In this document: piece by piece, positions 10,227 to 19,388 of the stretch
How the letters are laid out: the number at the start of each line of letters is the position of its first letter
Position numbering within the stretch: the stretch's first letter is position 1
Origin: Candidatus Eiseniibacteriota bacterium
Lineage (GTDB): Bacteria > Eisenbacteria > RBG-16-71-46 > CAVPCR01
DNA: 64,000 nucleotides
Reading direction: 5' to 3'
NCBI GenBank assembly: GCA_963702435.1
Contig: CAVPCR010000001.1
Location: 1,184,001-1,248,000 of the forward strand
Translations under genes and position numbers: made by a program
Notes under the pieces: model-generated
The model's database searches: none
The model's input: only the letters and a program-made list of their open reading frames with translations
What the model was told of the DNA's origin: nothing

Positions 10227-10487
10227 CTATCCCCCGCTGAGCGCGCAGATGATCTGCACCTCGGCGCCGGGCGCGACCGGCGCGGCGAGCCCGGTCGCCA
10301 TCTCACCGCCGACGAAGAAGCGGATGTGCGGGCGGATTCCGTCCTGCTCATCCACCACCCGGAAGCGGAGGCCGGGGAAGCGGGCGTCGAGATGCGCGAG
10401 CACCTCGCGGAGCGTTCCCCCTTCCGCCTCGACGGCCGATTGTCCGCCCGTGTACGAGTAGAGCGGCGTCGGGATCAGGACCTTCAT
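10227..10487 (-). CDS. MoaD/ThiS-family ubiquitin-like protein
   Basis: 86 aa beta-grasp pattern MKVLIPTPL...GTLREVL..LDARFPG, C-terminal ALSGG. Confidence 0.9.
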   Translation of the reverse strand: MKVLIPTPLYSYTGGQSAVEAEGGTLREVLAHLDARFPGLRFRVVDEQDGIRPHIRFFVGGEMATGLAAPVAPGAEVQIICALSGG

Positions 10488-10498
10488 CGGGGGCGCCC

Positions 10499-11698
10499 TC
10501 AGCGCACGGTCGCGGCGACGACCGAGAAGATGTGCGGCAGGTGCGCCGCGATCGAGCGCCAGCGCCGGCCCTCGTTCGTGGAGGCCCAGATCTCGCCCGA
10601 AGTCGTGCCGAAGTAGAGGCCGACCGGATCGCGATCATCGGCGGTCATGGCCTGCCGCTTGACGGTGAACCAGGCCTGCATCCCGGGGAGACCCTGATCC
10701 TGGCGCTTCCACGACTTCCCCGCATCGCGCGTGCGATAGACGGCGGGACGCCCCGCCGGGCTCGTGCGCGGCCAGACATCGGTGCCGTCCATCGGGAAGA
10801 CCCACGCCATGTCGGGATCGCGCGGGTGGACGACGATCGGGAAGCCGATGTCGCCGACCTTCTTCGGCATGTTCTTCCCGATCCGCTCCCAGGTGTCGCC
10901 GGGGCGATCGAGGCGATAGATGCCGCAGTGATTCTGATGGTAGAGGCGATCGGGATTGGCCGGATGGAGGACGACGCAGTGCGGGTCGTGCCCGTACTCG
11001 GGATCGGGCGTGGGGATGAAGTCGGCGGCGACGCCCTTGTTGAGCGGAGCCCACGACGCGCCGGCATCGCGGCTCTCGAAGATGCCGCCCCCCGACATGC
11101 CGAGATACAGGTGCGCGCGATCGCGCGGATCGACGAGGATCGAATGCAGCTTCGGGCCGTCCGGCGTGCCGTCGCTCGGACTGATCCACTGCGGGAGCAT
11201 CGGGTTCTCGTTGAAACCCGGGACTCCGTGCCAGGTACTGCCGCCGTCCTCCGAGCGGAAGAGGCCCTGCGGCGAGCTGCCCGCATACCACACGCCGGGC
11301 TCGCTCGCGTGGCCGGGCGTGAGCCAGAAGACGTGATCGACGACCCTCCCCTTCACACCCTCCGGGGCCCTGGGGAAAGCGGGCGGGGCCGCGGCTTCCT
11401 GCCAGGTCTTGCCGCGGTCGGTCGAGCGGAACACAGTCGGTCCGAGATGACCCGTGCGCGCCGCCATGAGGAGCGTCGTGCCGTCGCGCGGATCGAGGAC
11501 CAGGTGGTGGACCAGCGAGCCGAGGAAGTGCGGCCCGTCGATGCGCCAGCTCCGGCGGGCCGGGTCGCTCTTCATAAGGAAGGCACCCTTCCGCGTGCCG
11601 ACGAGGAGCACGGTGCGGCGCCCGGTGCGCGCCGCCTTCTTCGCGGCAGATCGCTTGCTGTCGGACTTCGCTTGCTTCGCGTTCGCCTTCTTGGCCAT
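10499..11698 (-). CDS. BNR/Asp-box repeat beta-propeller protein (sialidase/Ycf48-like fold)
   Basis: Start MAKKANAK at 11698. LLVGTRKGAF and repeated Asp-boxes RSTDRGKTW, RSEDGGSTW, ESRDAGASW, RTRDAGKSW, STNEGRRW. Confidence 0.88.
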   Translation of the reverse strand: MAKKANAKQAKSDSKRSAAKKAARTGRRTVLLVGTRKGAFLMKSDPARRSWRIDGPHFLGSLVHHLVLDPRDGTTLLMAARTGHLGPTVFRSTDRGKTWQEAAAPPAFPRAPEGVKGRVVDHVFWLTPGHASEPGVWYAGSSPQGLFRSEDGGSTWHGVPGFNENPMLPQWISPSDGTPDGPKLHSILVDPRDRAHLYLGMSGGGIFESRDAGASWAPLNKGVAADFIPTPDPEYGHDPHCVVLHPANPDRLYHQNHCGIYRLDRPGDTWERIGKNMPKKVGDIGFPIVVHPRDPDMAWVFPMDGTDVWPRTSPAGRPAVYRTRDAGKSWKRQDQGLPGMQAWFTVKRQAMTADDRDPVGLYFGTTSGEIWASTNEGRRWRSIAAHLPHIFSVVAATVR

Positions 11699-11852
11699 CG
11701 CTCGATCCTCTCGCCGCAGCCGGCGTCCCACCGGCTCGCTGCATGGTCTGACGCCTGATTGCAGGGTTCCCGGGAAGGCGTCGAGGATAGCAAACGAATG
11801 CCCGCCGCGACAACGCGCGGCGGGCATCGCGAGCCTCCGGTGCAGTGACGGC

Positions 11853-12998
11853 TCACGCGTCAGGCGGCAGCGGCGGCGGGGTCGTATCGTTCGGGAAGTG
11901 GCGCGCGAGATCGGCGACCTCTCCGGCCCGCGCCCATCCCGTCATGCCGCCGGTCCACACGAGCGTGTCGCGGCGCACGCGTCCGGCCGCGATCGCCGCG
12001 ACCATCTCGATCGCCGTGTAGGGGCCGACCGACTGCCGGTTCTCGGCGACGTGCCAGGCGCCGCCCGGTGTCGCCGGCGGCGCCGGAGCGGGCGCGGCGG
12101 GCCAGGAGCTGCCGCCGGGCCCGGCGCCGGGCGCACCGCCGCCCATGCCTGGCAGCATCTGCCCCGCGATCGCCACCCCCATCCCGACGCCGACGCCGGC
12201 GCCGGCGAGCCCGCCGGCCGGATTGGCCGCCGCAGTCGGCAGCGACTGGCCGAGCTGGTACTCGCGATACTGGGCGAGGTTCCCGATCAAGTTCATGCTC
12301 GTGCAGGCATCGACCGCACGCGCCACCTCGTCCGGCACCGAGACGTTCACGATGTAGAGCTGCGGCACGTCGAGCCCGTACTCGTCGTCCACGCGTTCGA
12401 TCACCATCTGGCGCAGCTTCTCCGACAGCTCGCGGTAGCTGGACGCGAGATCCAGCACCGAGATGCCGGCGTTCGCGACCAGATCGGCGAAAGCGTTGCC
12501 GATGATCGAACGGAGCAGCACGTTGATCTCGTCCGTGATGAACTCGCCGTCGGTGCCCACGAGCTCGGTCATGAGGCGCCGCGGCTCGCGCACGGTGAGC
12601 GTGTAGCTCCCGAAGGCACGCACGCGCACCGGGCCGAAATCGGCGTCACGCATCAGGACCGGGTTCGGAGTCCCCCACTTGAGCTCGCTCACCTGGCGCG
12701 TGGTGACGAAGTAGACCTCGGCCTTGAAGGGGCTGTCGAACCCGTACTTCCAGCCCTGGAGGGTGCTCAGGATCGGGAGGTTCCGCGTGTCGAGCGTGTA
12801 GGTGCCCGGCTCGAAGACGTCGGCGAGCTTTCCCATGTGGACGAAGACGGCCACCTGGCCGGGCCGCACGATGAGCCGCGCCCCGTTCTTGATCTGATTG
12901 TGGTAGCGCGGGAAGCGCCAGACGAGCGTGTTCCGGCTGTCGTCCACCCACTCGACGATGTCGATGAACTCGGTGCGGAGCTTGGCGACGAATCCCAT
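11853..12998 (-). CDS. SPFH/Band-7 (YdjI-like) protein with C-terminal GYF_2 (DUF4339) domain
   Basis: RBS GAGGAG then MGFVAKLRTEFIDIVEW. LADVFEPGTYTLDTRNLPILSTLQGWKYGFDSPFKAEVYF, KWGTPNP; C-terminal WHVAENRQSVGPY...TLVWTGGMTGW. Confidence 0.88.
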   Translation of the reverse strand: MGFVAKLRTEFIDIVEWVDDSRNTLVWRFPRYHNQIKNGARLIVRPGQVAVFVHMGKLADVFEPGTYTLDTRNLPILSTLQGWKYGFDSPFKAEVYFVTTRQVSELKWGTPNPVLMRDADFGPVRVRAFGSYTLTVREPRRLMTELVGTDGEFITDEINVLLRSIIGNAFADLVANAGISVLDLASSYRELSEKLRQMVIERVDDEYGLDVPQLYIVNVSVPDEVARAVDACTSMNLIGNLAQYREYQLGQSLPTAAANPAGGLAGAGVGVGMGVAIAGQMLPGMGGGAPGAGPGGSSWPAAPAPAPPATPGGAWHVAENRQSVGPYTAIEMVAAIAAGRVRRDTLVWTGGMTGWARAGEVADLARHFPNDTTPPPLPPDA

Positions 12999-13061
12999 TC
13001 CAGTTGCCTCCTCGGTACGCGAGCGCGGCCGCGGGCCCGCCGGCGGCGGCGGCGCCACGGC

Positions 13062-13985
13062 TCACTTCACTGCGACCTTCACCAGCATTTCGAGCAGATC
13101 GACGACCGAGAACCGGTGCGGCGTCCCCGCGTGCCGATCGAAGAGCTTCTCCCAGCGCTCGCGGCTCTTCGCCCTCTCATTGGCCATCAGATGTTCGGCC
13201 GCGGCCAGCGCCTTGACCTGGCCGGCGCCCGGAAGGCGGAGCGCCGCAGCGGCCGCCGCGCCGGCGGCCGCCGCCGCCTGGGCCCCGCGCCCGCTCAGGA
13301 TGAAATCGGCGATCGCCCCGAGCTCGTCGGCGTCGAGCCAGGTGCCGTGCTCGGCGCACCAGTCGACGATCACGCCGGAGGCGCGGCCGAAGTTCCGCCG
13401 ATGCATGGGCGACTGGCACACCGGGCAGCGCCGGTAGACCACCTGGTCGGGGAAGGCGGCGCCGCGCGGCCGCCGCCGGCGAGCGAGCATCGGCTCGGCG
13501 GCCTTCTCGGCCTGCCAGGATTCGATCGCTCGCGCGACCAGCGTATCGAAGCTCTCCCCCGGCACCCACAGCCCATGGCAGTAGAGGCACTCGTGCCCGC
13601 CGAGGTCGCCGATCCCGCGGCCCTGCATGGGGCGCGCGCAGGATGGACAGAGGAGCGTCTCGCCCGCCGCCACGATCGGCTGCGGGGTGAACGCCACGCC
13701 ACAGCCCGCGCAGAAGCGCGAGCTCTCCTGGTTGCGCGCGTAGCACTCGGGGCAGATGAGGCTCAGCTTCCCCGGCTCACGCTCGACGACCGAGTCGCAG
13801 TAGCTGCAGCAGGCGCTGCCGGCGGCGAGCGCGGCCCCGCACGACGAGCAGCGTTGCACGGGCACGTCGACCGGCTCGGGGATCGTGTTCGCGATCTCCG
13901 CGCCGCAGCGACAGCGGACGTGCGAGTCGTCCACGGCGCTCACGTCGTACTGGACGTGACAGCTCTTGCAGGCGATGAGCCGCAT
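13062..13985 (-). CDS. Multi-zinc-ribbon protein (double zinc ribbon plus zf-TFIIB-like)
   Basis: About ten Cys motifs (CKSC, CRC, CSSC, CSYC, CPEC, CAGC, CPSC, CLYC, CPVC, CAEH), with GLW and GTWLD..EL motifs. Confidence 0.85.
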   Translation of the reverse strand: MRLIACKSCHVQYDVSAVDDSHVRCRCGAEIANTIPEPVDVPVQRCSSCGAALAAGSACCSYCDSVVEREPGKLSLICPECYARNQESSRFCAGCGVAFTPQPIVAAGETLLCPSCARPMQGRGIGDLGGHECLYCHGLWVPGESFDTLVARAIESWQAEKAAEPMLARRRRPRGAAFPDQVVYRRCPVCQSPMHRRNFGRASGVIVDWCAEHGTWLDADELGAIADFILSGRGAQAAAAAGAAAAAALRLPGAGQVKALAAAEHLMANERAKSRERWEKLFDRHAGTPHRFSVVDLLEMLVKVAVK

Positions 13986-14004
13986 CGCTCTCCTTCCTCG
14001 CTCC

Positions 14005-16329
14005 CTACGCGGCGGTGCTGCCGCCGCGCTCGGGCGCGGCGCCGGGCGCGAACCGGCTGCCCGCGGCGGCCCGGGCCGCCGCTTCCGCAGCCGCGGCGGC
14101 CGGTTCCCGGCGCGGGACGAGCTCGCACACGCGGTTCAGGACCTGCCAGAGCACCGGGGCCGGCAGCTGGGCGGACGCGGCCTCCTTCTCCGCCGGCGAG
14201 AAGATGATGATGAGGGCGGAGTCTCCGTCCGGACCGGGCACGCCGACGTACGGAGCAGAGAGCTGGGGCGCGTCCGGATCGAACTCGGTCGCCACCATGC
14301 CTTCGGCCTCGACGCCCTTCTCCTGCACCCAGTCGACGAGGGACTCGAGCTTCTCCCAGGCCTGCGCCACGAGGCGCGCCGCATCGGGCGTCCCGGGTTG
14401 CGTCGACATTGGGATACCGCCGCCCGCCGGCACCCAGATCGCCGACTCGGCTGCCACGATGCCGAGCGTGAGGTCGAGGAGGGAACGGAGGCGACGCTCC
14501 CCCGGCAGGCTTTCGAGGTGCTCGGTCTCGTCGGTGATGCGCATCTTGAGCTCCGCAAGAAGCTCCTGGACCGCAACTCCCTCCTCGAGATCGACGATGC
14601 TCTCGATCTGGTCCACGATCTCGCGCACGGTGGCGAGAATCTCGTCCTTTGTGTTTGCCGCGAGCGGCACGCCGTCGAGGACAAAGACACTGCGGGCGCG
14701 GCCCGCGCCGACCGGGAAGATCACAGTCGCCGCGCGGTCGCCGGTCTTGTCGTCGGCGAGCTCGAAGAGGCTGGGCTGTCCGTGTTTCAGAACCCAGCCG
14801 AAGATGCCGCGATCGATCGACGGCAGACGCTCGGCGAGGGCCGCCAGGCCAAGGGCCGGGGAGGACGATTGGAAGCGGCGGCGCTGCTGATCGACGAGGA
14901 GGAACTGCGCCGCCTCCGCGCCGAGCGCCTTGCGCACGACCTCGCCCACCGCCCCGAGGCGGTCGGGCAGCGCCCGGTCGAGCGCCATGAGTCCGTCCAC
15001 CAGACGGTGGAGCGCGAGCCGGCGCTCCACGCCGGTGAGAAACCCGAGATCGACGGCCGACAGGATGATGCCGGGCAGCCGCCGGGAGAGCCGCGTGAGC
15101 GGATTCAGCACCTTCCTTTCGAGGAGGTTCTCGCGCGACTCGGCGTTGATGCTGAGGACGCCGATCGCCCGGCCCGAGAGCAGAACCGGCACGCTGGCGG
15201 CGATCCGGTAGACGGGGCGGCCGTCCTCCTCGGCGAGACTCGGAAACTGGCCGCGCTCGGTCATCGGATTGTGACTCGCGAACACGGTCCCGGCCGTCCC
15301 CTCGCCGATCCGCTGGCTGACGCGCTCGACCAGTTTCCGCGGCAGGCCGCGGGCCGCCGCGATACGCAGGTGCTCGCCGTCGGCGTCGACCAGCATGAGG
15401 CTGCTCGTCTTGGCCTGCGTGGCCTCGCGCGCGCATTCGAGGATCTCGTTGAGATCGGCGTTCTCGGCATCGAGGGCGATCGCCTGGACCTGGGGCAGCT
15501 CAACGCCGAGAAGCGTGCGCGCGTGGAAGAGGGACGCCCTCGCCGGACCAGGGGCGGACGTGAGAGGCAACGCGGGCGCGGGCGCAGGCTCGGCGGCCGG
15601 CGCGGGCTCGGCGGCGGGCGCGGGCTCGGCGGCCGGCGCAGGCTCGGCGGCCGGCGCGGGCTCGGCGGCCGGCGCGGGCTCTGTCTCCGGCGCCGTCCCT
15701 GCAACCAGCGCGGGCTCTGACTCCGCCACCGTCTCTGCATCCAGTGCCGGCGCCACCGCAGCCGGTGGCTCTTCTGCAAGCGCCACCGTCTCTGCATCCA
15801 GTGCCGGCTCCACCGCAGCCGGCGGCTCTTCTGCAAGCGCCACCGCCTCTGCATCCGGTGCCGGCTCCACCGCAGGCCCCGGCTCCACCACCGGCGCCTG
15901 CGCCGATCCCGGCGCAAAGGCCGCCGTCACCGCGTGCTCGCGCTGTTCCTCGGCCTCGCGATCCTGCCACACGGTGCGGCGGGCTCTGTCTTCCCGCGCG
16001 AGAGCCTCCATGAACTGACTCAGGCGCAGGACTTCGGCGGGGCTTCCCCGCAATTGCTCCTTGATCGAGACGAAGAGATAGATGTTCTGGCTCGCGACGA
16101 CGACGCGATCGCAGGAGGCGAGCGCCGCGGGGTGCGGCACGTCGATGACTGGAATGCCGAGCACACCAGCGGCGCGCGCCGCCTCCGAGTTCGCACTCCT
16201 GGACACGACGACCGCGACTTGCCAGGCCGGCCTCTGACTCGTGCGGATGAGCAGATCGACGGCGTTGTCGGGCAGCTCGACGAATCCGATCCTCTTCTTC
16301 GGACGGTGGTCGGAAGAAGGCGCAATCAC
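14005..16329 (-). CDS. GAF-domain protein with Pro/Ala/Glu-rich linker and no recognisable output domain
   Basis: RBS GGAGG then GTG. GAF motif SSLMLVDADGEHLRIAAARGL...IGEGTAGTV...SVPVLLSGRAIGVLSI. Confidence 0.78.
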   Translation of the reverse strand: MIAPSSDHRPKKRIGFVELPDNAVDLLIRTSQRPAWQVAVVVSRSANSEAARAAGVLGIPVIDVPHPAALASCDRVVVASQNIYLFVSIKEQLRGSPAEVLRLSQFMEALAREDRARRTVWQDREAEEQREHAVTAAFAPGSAQAPVVEPGPAVEPAPDAEAVALAEEPPAAVEPALDAETVALAEEPPAAVAPALDAETVAESEPALVAGTAPETEPAPAAEPAPAAEPAPAAEPAPAAEPAPAAEPAPAPALPLTSAPGPARASLFHARTLLGVELPQVQAIALDAENADLNEILECAREATQAKTSSLMLVDADGEHLRIAAARGLPRKLVERVSQRIGEGTAGTVFASHNPMTERGQFPSLAEEDGRPVYRIAASVPVLLSGRAIGVLSINAESRENLLERKVLNPLTRLSRRLPGIILSAVDLGFLTGVERRLALHRLVDGLMALDRALPDRLGAVGEVVRKALGAEAAQFLLVDQQRRRFQSSSPALGLAALAERLPSIDRGIFGWVLKHGQPSLFELADDKTGDRAATVIFPVGAGRARSVFVLDGVPLAANTKDEILATVREIVDQIESIVDLEEGVAVQELLAELKMRITDETEHLESLPGERRLRSLLDLTLGIVAAESAIWVPAGGGIPMSTQPGTPDAARLVAQAWEKLESLVDWVQEKGVEAEGMVATEFDPDAPQLSAPYVGVPGPDGDSALIIIFSPAEKEAASAQLPAPVLWQVLNRVCELVPRREPAAAAAEAAARAAAGSRFAPGAAPERGGSTAA
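15580..15870. repeat. Coding repeats: 18-bp (AEPAPA)n and 60-bp x3
   Basis: Repeated GGCTCGGCGGCCGGCGCG and about three copies encoding AVEPALDAETVALAEEPPA. Confidence 0.85.
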
Positions 16330-16698
16330 TGTGAGCCTCCACGCCCCGCGCGCAGGTCAAGCGCATGCGCACGGCAAAGGTGCCGCCCCGTAGCCGGTTC
16401 CGGATTCGACTGCGGACGCGACCGGAATCGCGCCCTAACCGCCGGTGGGAGCGGCCATTACCGAGCCTCTATCGAGTTTTCGACGGCGCGGCCGCCAAGG
16501 TGAAGGATTCCGGAGGTGGAGGCAGGGAGGAGCGCCCCGACCCCGCTGCCGGAGAGGCGCCGGAGTCCGCCCGCCGGGTCGGATGCCCCAACCCGCGCGG
16601 ACCCGGCGCGCCGGCGGCGGGCACTCCTTCCCGCCTGCTGTGGGATAATCAGTGGGCTGCATCAGCTTGAAGCGTCGAGTCCCGAGGAGGGCCAGACC

Positions 16699-18390
16699 AT
16701 GGCTTGGTTCACGCTCGACACCTGCATCCGGTCCCGCCGCTCGCCGCTCGCACCGCCGGCCGCCTCCTGTCTCCTCCTCGCGCTCGGGCTCGGCCTCGCT
16801 GCGACCGCCGCGGCCGCGCTGCACACCCACGTGTCGCCGGACGGCCTCACGACCGCGCCCTGCACCTGCCGGCCGGCAACCGCCGCCGAGCGCGCGGACC
16901 TCACCATCGCGCCGGACGGCTTCGTGCAGGACGACCCGCGGGATTCCTACCGGAGGACCGAGGTCCCGCTGCCCATTGTGCCCGACTGGGTCGGCACCCG
17001 CGTGCGCGCAGTCGGTGTCCTCCTCTTCGGGGACGCAGATCGGGACGGCGACCAGGATCTCTTCGTCGGCACCTACTTCGCCAACCAGTGGCCGCCGCTC
17101 GCCGACTATTACAACTTCATGTACCTGAACACGGGCGGCGCGCTCGAGAACGAGCCGAGCTGGATCTCGGCCGATCAGAAGCACACGGGAGACGCCGAGT
17201 GGGGACTGTTGAACGTCGACAGCTATCCGGATCTCTTCCTCGCCAACGGCGGCCAGTCGCTGCAACCGAGCCAGGTCTTCTACGGACAGGACGGACTCCT
17301 GCCGAACACGGCGGGCTGGTCCTCGAGCGACGCGACCTGGACCATCGGCTGCGCGCTCGCCGACTTCGATCAGGACGGCGACGTGGACGTGGCCACGGCG
17401 AACCAGGGAAACACGGCAAATCCCTACCGGCCGACCCACATCTTCCGGAACCTCGGCACCGGCCTCGAGCCCGTCCCGTCGTGGTCCTCGGCGCAGATCG
17501 GGATCACGAACGACGTGGACTGGGGCGACATGGACGGCGACGACCGGCTGGATCTCGCCGTCTCGGGCTGGGTGAACTGGCAGAGCGGCGTCTTCCGGAA
17601 CCTCGGCAGCACGCTCGAGACCGGCTTCGCCTGGACGACCGGTCATCCCGAGCGCACCGACAAGGGCATCGGCTGGGCGCTCGTCGATGGCGACGCACGT
17701 CCCGATCTCGCGGTCGGCGGAAACGGAGCGGCGGACTGGATCTTCCGGAACGAGGGCTCGGCGCTCGGCGCCACCCCGATCTGGGCCTCGGCCGAGGCCT
17801 ATCACGGATGCCAGGATCTCAAGTGGGCGGACATCGACAACGATGGCGATCTCGACCTCGCCATCATGAACTTCTCGACCGGCCACGCCCGCATCTACCT
17901 CAACACGAACGGTGTGCTGCCGACGATCGCCGACTGGCAATACGATGCAGCCGTGAGCGGCACGGCTCTCGCGTTCGGCGACGTGAACGGCGACGGGCGG
18001 CTCGACCTCGCGATCGGGACGGCCAACGGCCCGGTCGAGCTGTTCCTGAACACGGGCGGGGCGGCTGCCGCCGGCGACGCGGGCGCGCCCGCCGCGTCGG
18101 CTCGCCTCCGGATCGCCTTCGCACCGCACCCGATCGGACCGGCGTCGCGCCTCCTCCTCGACGCGGATCGCCCCTTCGCGATCGAACGCCTCACGCTCGC
18201 CGATGCGGCCGGCCGCCGGGTCGCGCTCGCCCCGGCCATCACGGGACCGGCGCGCCACCACGAGCTCGCCGCCCCGATCGGCGCGGCCGGGCGCCTCGCC
18301 GCCGGCGTGTACTTCCTCACCGTGAGCGGCCGCGACGAGACGGGACGCACCATGGACGGGACCGCGCGGGTCGTCCTTCTCGTTCCATGA
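16699..18390 (+). CDS. Secreted FG-GAP/VCBS 7-blade beta-propeller protein with degenerate T9SS/FlgD-like C-terminal domain
   Basis: RBS GAGGAGG then ATG 16699. Seven DxDxDGxxDL-type motifs; C-terminal FAPHPI...DAAGRRV...LAAGVYFLTV. Confidence 0.85.
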   Translation: MAWFTLDTCIRSRRSPLAPPAASCLLLALGLGLAATAAAALHTHVSPDGLTTAPCTCRPATAAERADLTIAPDGFVQDDPRDSYRRTEVPLPIVPDWVGTRVRAVGVLLFGDADRDGDQDLFVGTYFANQWPPLADYYNFMYLNTGGALENEPSWISADQKHTGDAEWGLLNVDSYPDLFLANGGQSLQPSQVFYGQDGLLPNTAGWSSSDATWTIGCALADFDQDGDVDVATANQGNTANPYRPTHIFRNLGTGLEPVPSWSSAQIGITNDVDWGDMDGDDRLDLAVSGWVNWQSGVFRNLGSTLETGFAWTTGHPERTDKGIGWALVDGDARPDLAVGGNGAADWIFRNEGSALGATPIWASAEAYHGCQDLKWADIDNDGDLDLAIMNFSTGHARIYLNTNGVLPTIADWQYDAAVSGTALAFGDVNGDGRLDLAIGTANGPVELFLNTGGAAAAGDAGAPAASARLRIAFAPHPIGPASRLLLDADRPFAIERLTLADAAGRRVALAPAITGPARHHELAAPIGAAGRLAAGVYFLTVSGRDETGRTMDGTARVVLLVP

Positions 18391-19388
18391 TTCATCGCGC
18401 GGCGCCGCCCCTCCGGCCGTCGGCCCTGCCGAGCGGCGGGCGGCTGCCGGGCTACGTCGCTCTCCACCGCTCGGGCGAGCTCCGCCGGCGCGCCGAGGAA
18501 GCGACGGCGGCGCTCGCGCGCTGCCGCGTCTGCCCGTGGCACTGCGACGTGGATCGCCTTGCGGGCGAGGAACGTATCTGCCACACCGGCCGCCACGCGC
18601 GGGTCGCGAGCGCGTTCCCGCACCACGGCGAGGAGGATTGCCTCCGCGGATGGCGCGGCAGCGGCACCATCTTCTTCGCCCGCTGCAACCTCGGCTGCGT
18701 CTTCTGCCAGAACTTCGACCTGAGCCAGCGCGACGCGGGCGTCGAGCTCGGGCCCGAACAGATCGCCCGTCTGATGCTCGAGCTCCAGCTCGCCGGCTGC
18801 CACAACGTGAATCTCGTGACGCCGGAGCATGTCGTGCCGCAGGTGCTCGCAGCCCTCGATCTGGCGATCGCCAACGGGCTCCGCATTCCGATTGTCTACA
18901 ACACGAGCGGACTCGATTCGCTCGAGAGCCTCGAGTCGCTCGCCGGCATCGTCGACATCTACATGCCGGACTTCAAGCTGTGGACGGAGGAGGCCGCCCG
19001 CCGTTACCTCAAGTGCCCCGACTATCCCGAGGCTGCGCGCGCCGCGCTCCGCGCGATGCACGGGCAGGTGGGCGACCTCGTGATCAGCGCCGACGGGCTC
19101 GCCGAGCGCGGACTCCTCGTCCGTCATCTCGTGATGCCCGGGATGCTGGAGGAAACGCGCGAGATCCTCCGCTTCCTCGCCACCGAGATCTCGCGCGACA
19201 CGTATGTGAACCTGATGGACCAGTACCGCCCGGCGAACCGCGTGGGGCCCGATCGCTACCCGGAGATCGACCGCCGGATCACGGACGGCGAGCTCGTCGC
19301 GGCCTACGCGATGGCTCGCGAGGTCGGACTCCACCGCTTCGACGCGGAGCCGCCCGTGACCGGCCAGGCCGGGGAGCCACCATCGTGA
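18387..19388 (+). CDS. Radical SAM protein, PflX-like (pyruvate formate-lyase activating enzyme-like)
   Basis: CRVCPWHCDVDR, HHGEEDCL, GSGTIFFARCNLGCVFCQN (CxxxCxxC), DIYMPDFK, VRHLVMPG. Confidence 0.9.
   Translation: MIHRAAPPLRPSALPSGGRLPGYVALHRSGELRRRAEEATAALARCRVCPWHCDVDRLAGEERICHTGRHARVASAFPHHGEEDCLRGWRGSGTIFFARCNLGCVFCQNFDLSQRDAGVELGPEQIARLMLELQLAGCHNVNLVTPEHVVPQVLAALDLAIANGLRIPIVYNTSGLDSLESLESLAGIVDIYMPDFKLWTEEAARRYLKCPDYPEAARAALRAMHGQVGDLVISADGLAERGLLVRHLVMPGMLEETREILRFLATEISRDTYVNLMDQYRPANRVGPDRYPEIDRRITDGELVAAYAMAREVGLHRFDAEPPVTGQAGEPPS

Noticed and set aside
15580..15870. Tandem repeats as a possible CRISPR array (also 3627-3720, 25022-25057, 57691-57720)
   Set aside because: No unique spacers and no cas genes. 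Most are in-frame low-complexity coding repeats.
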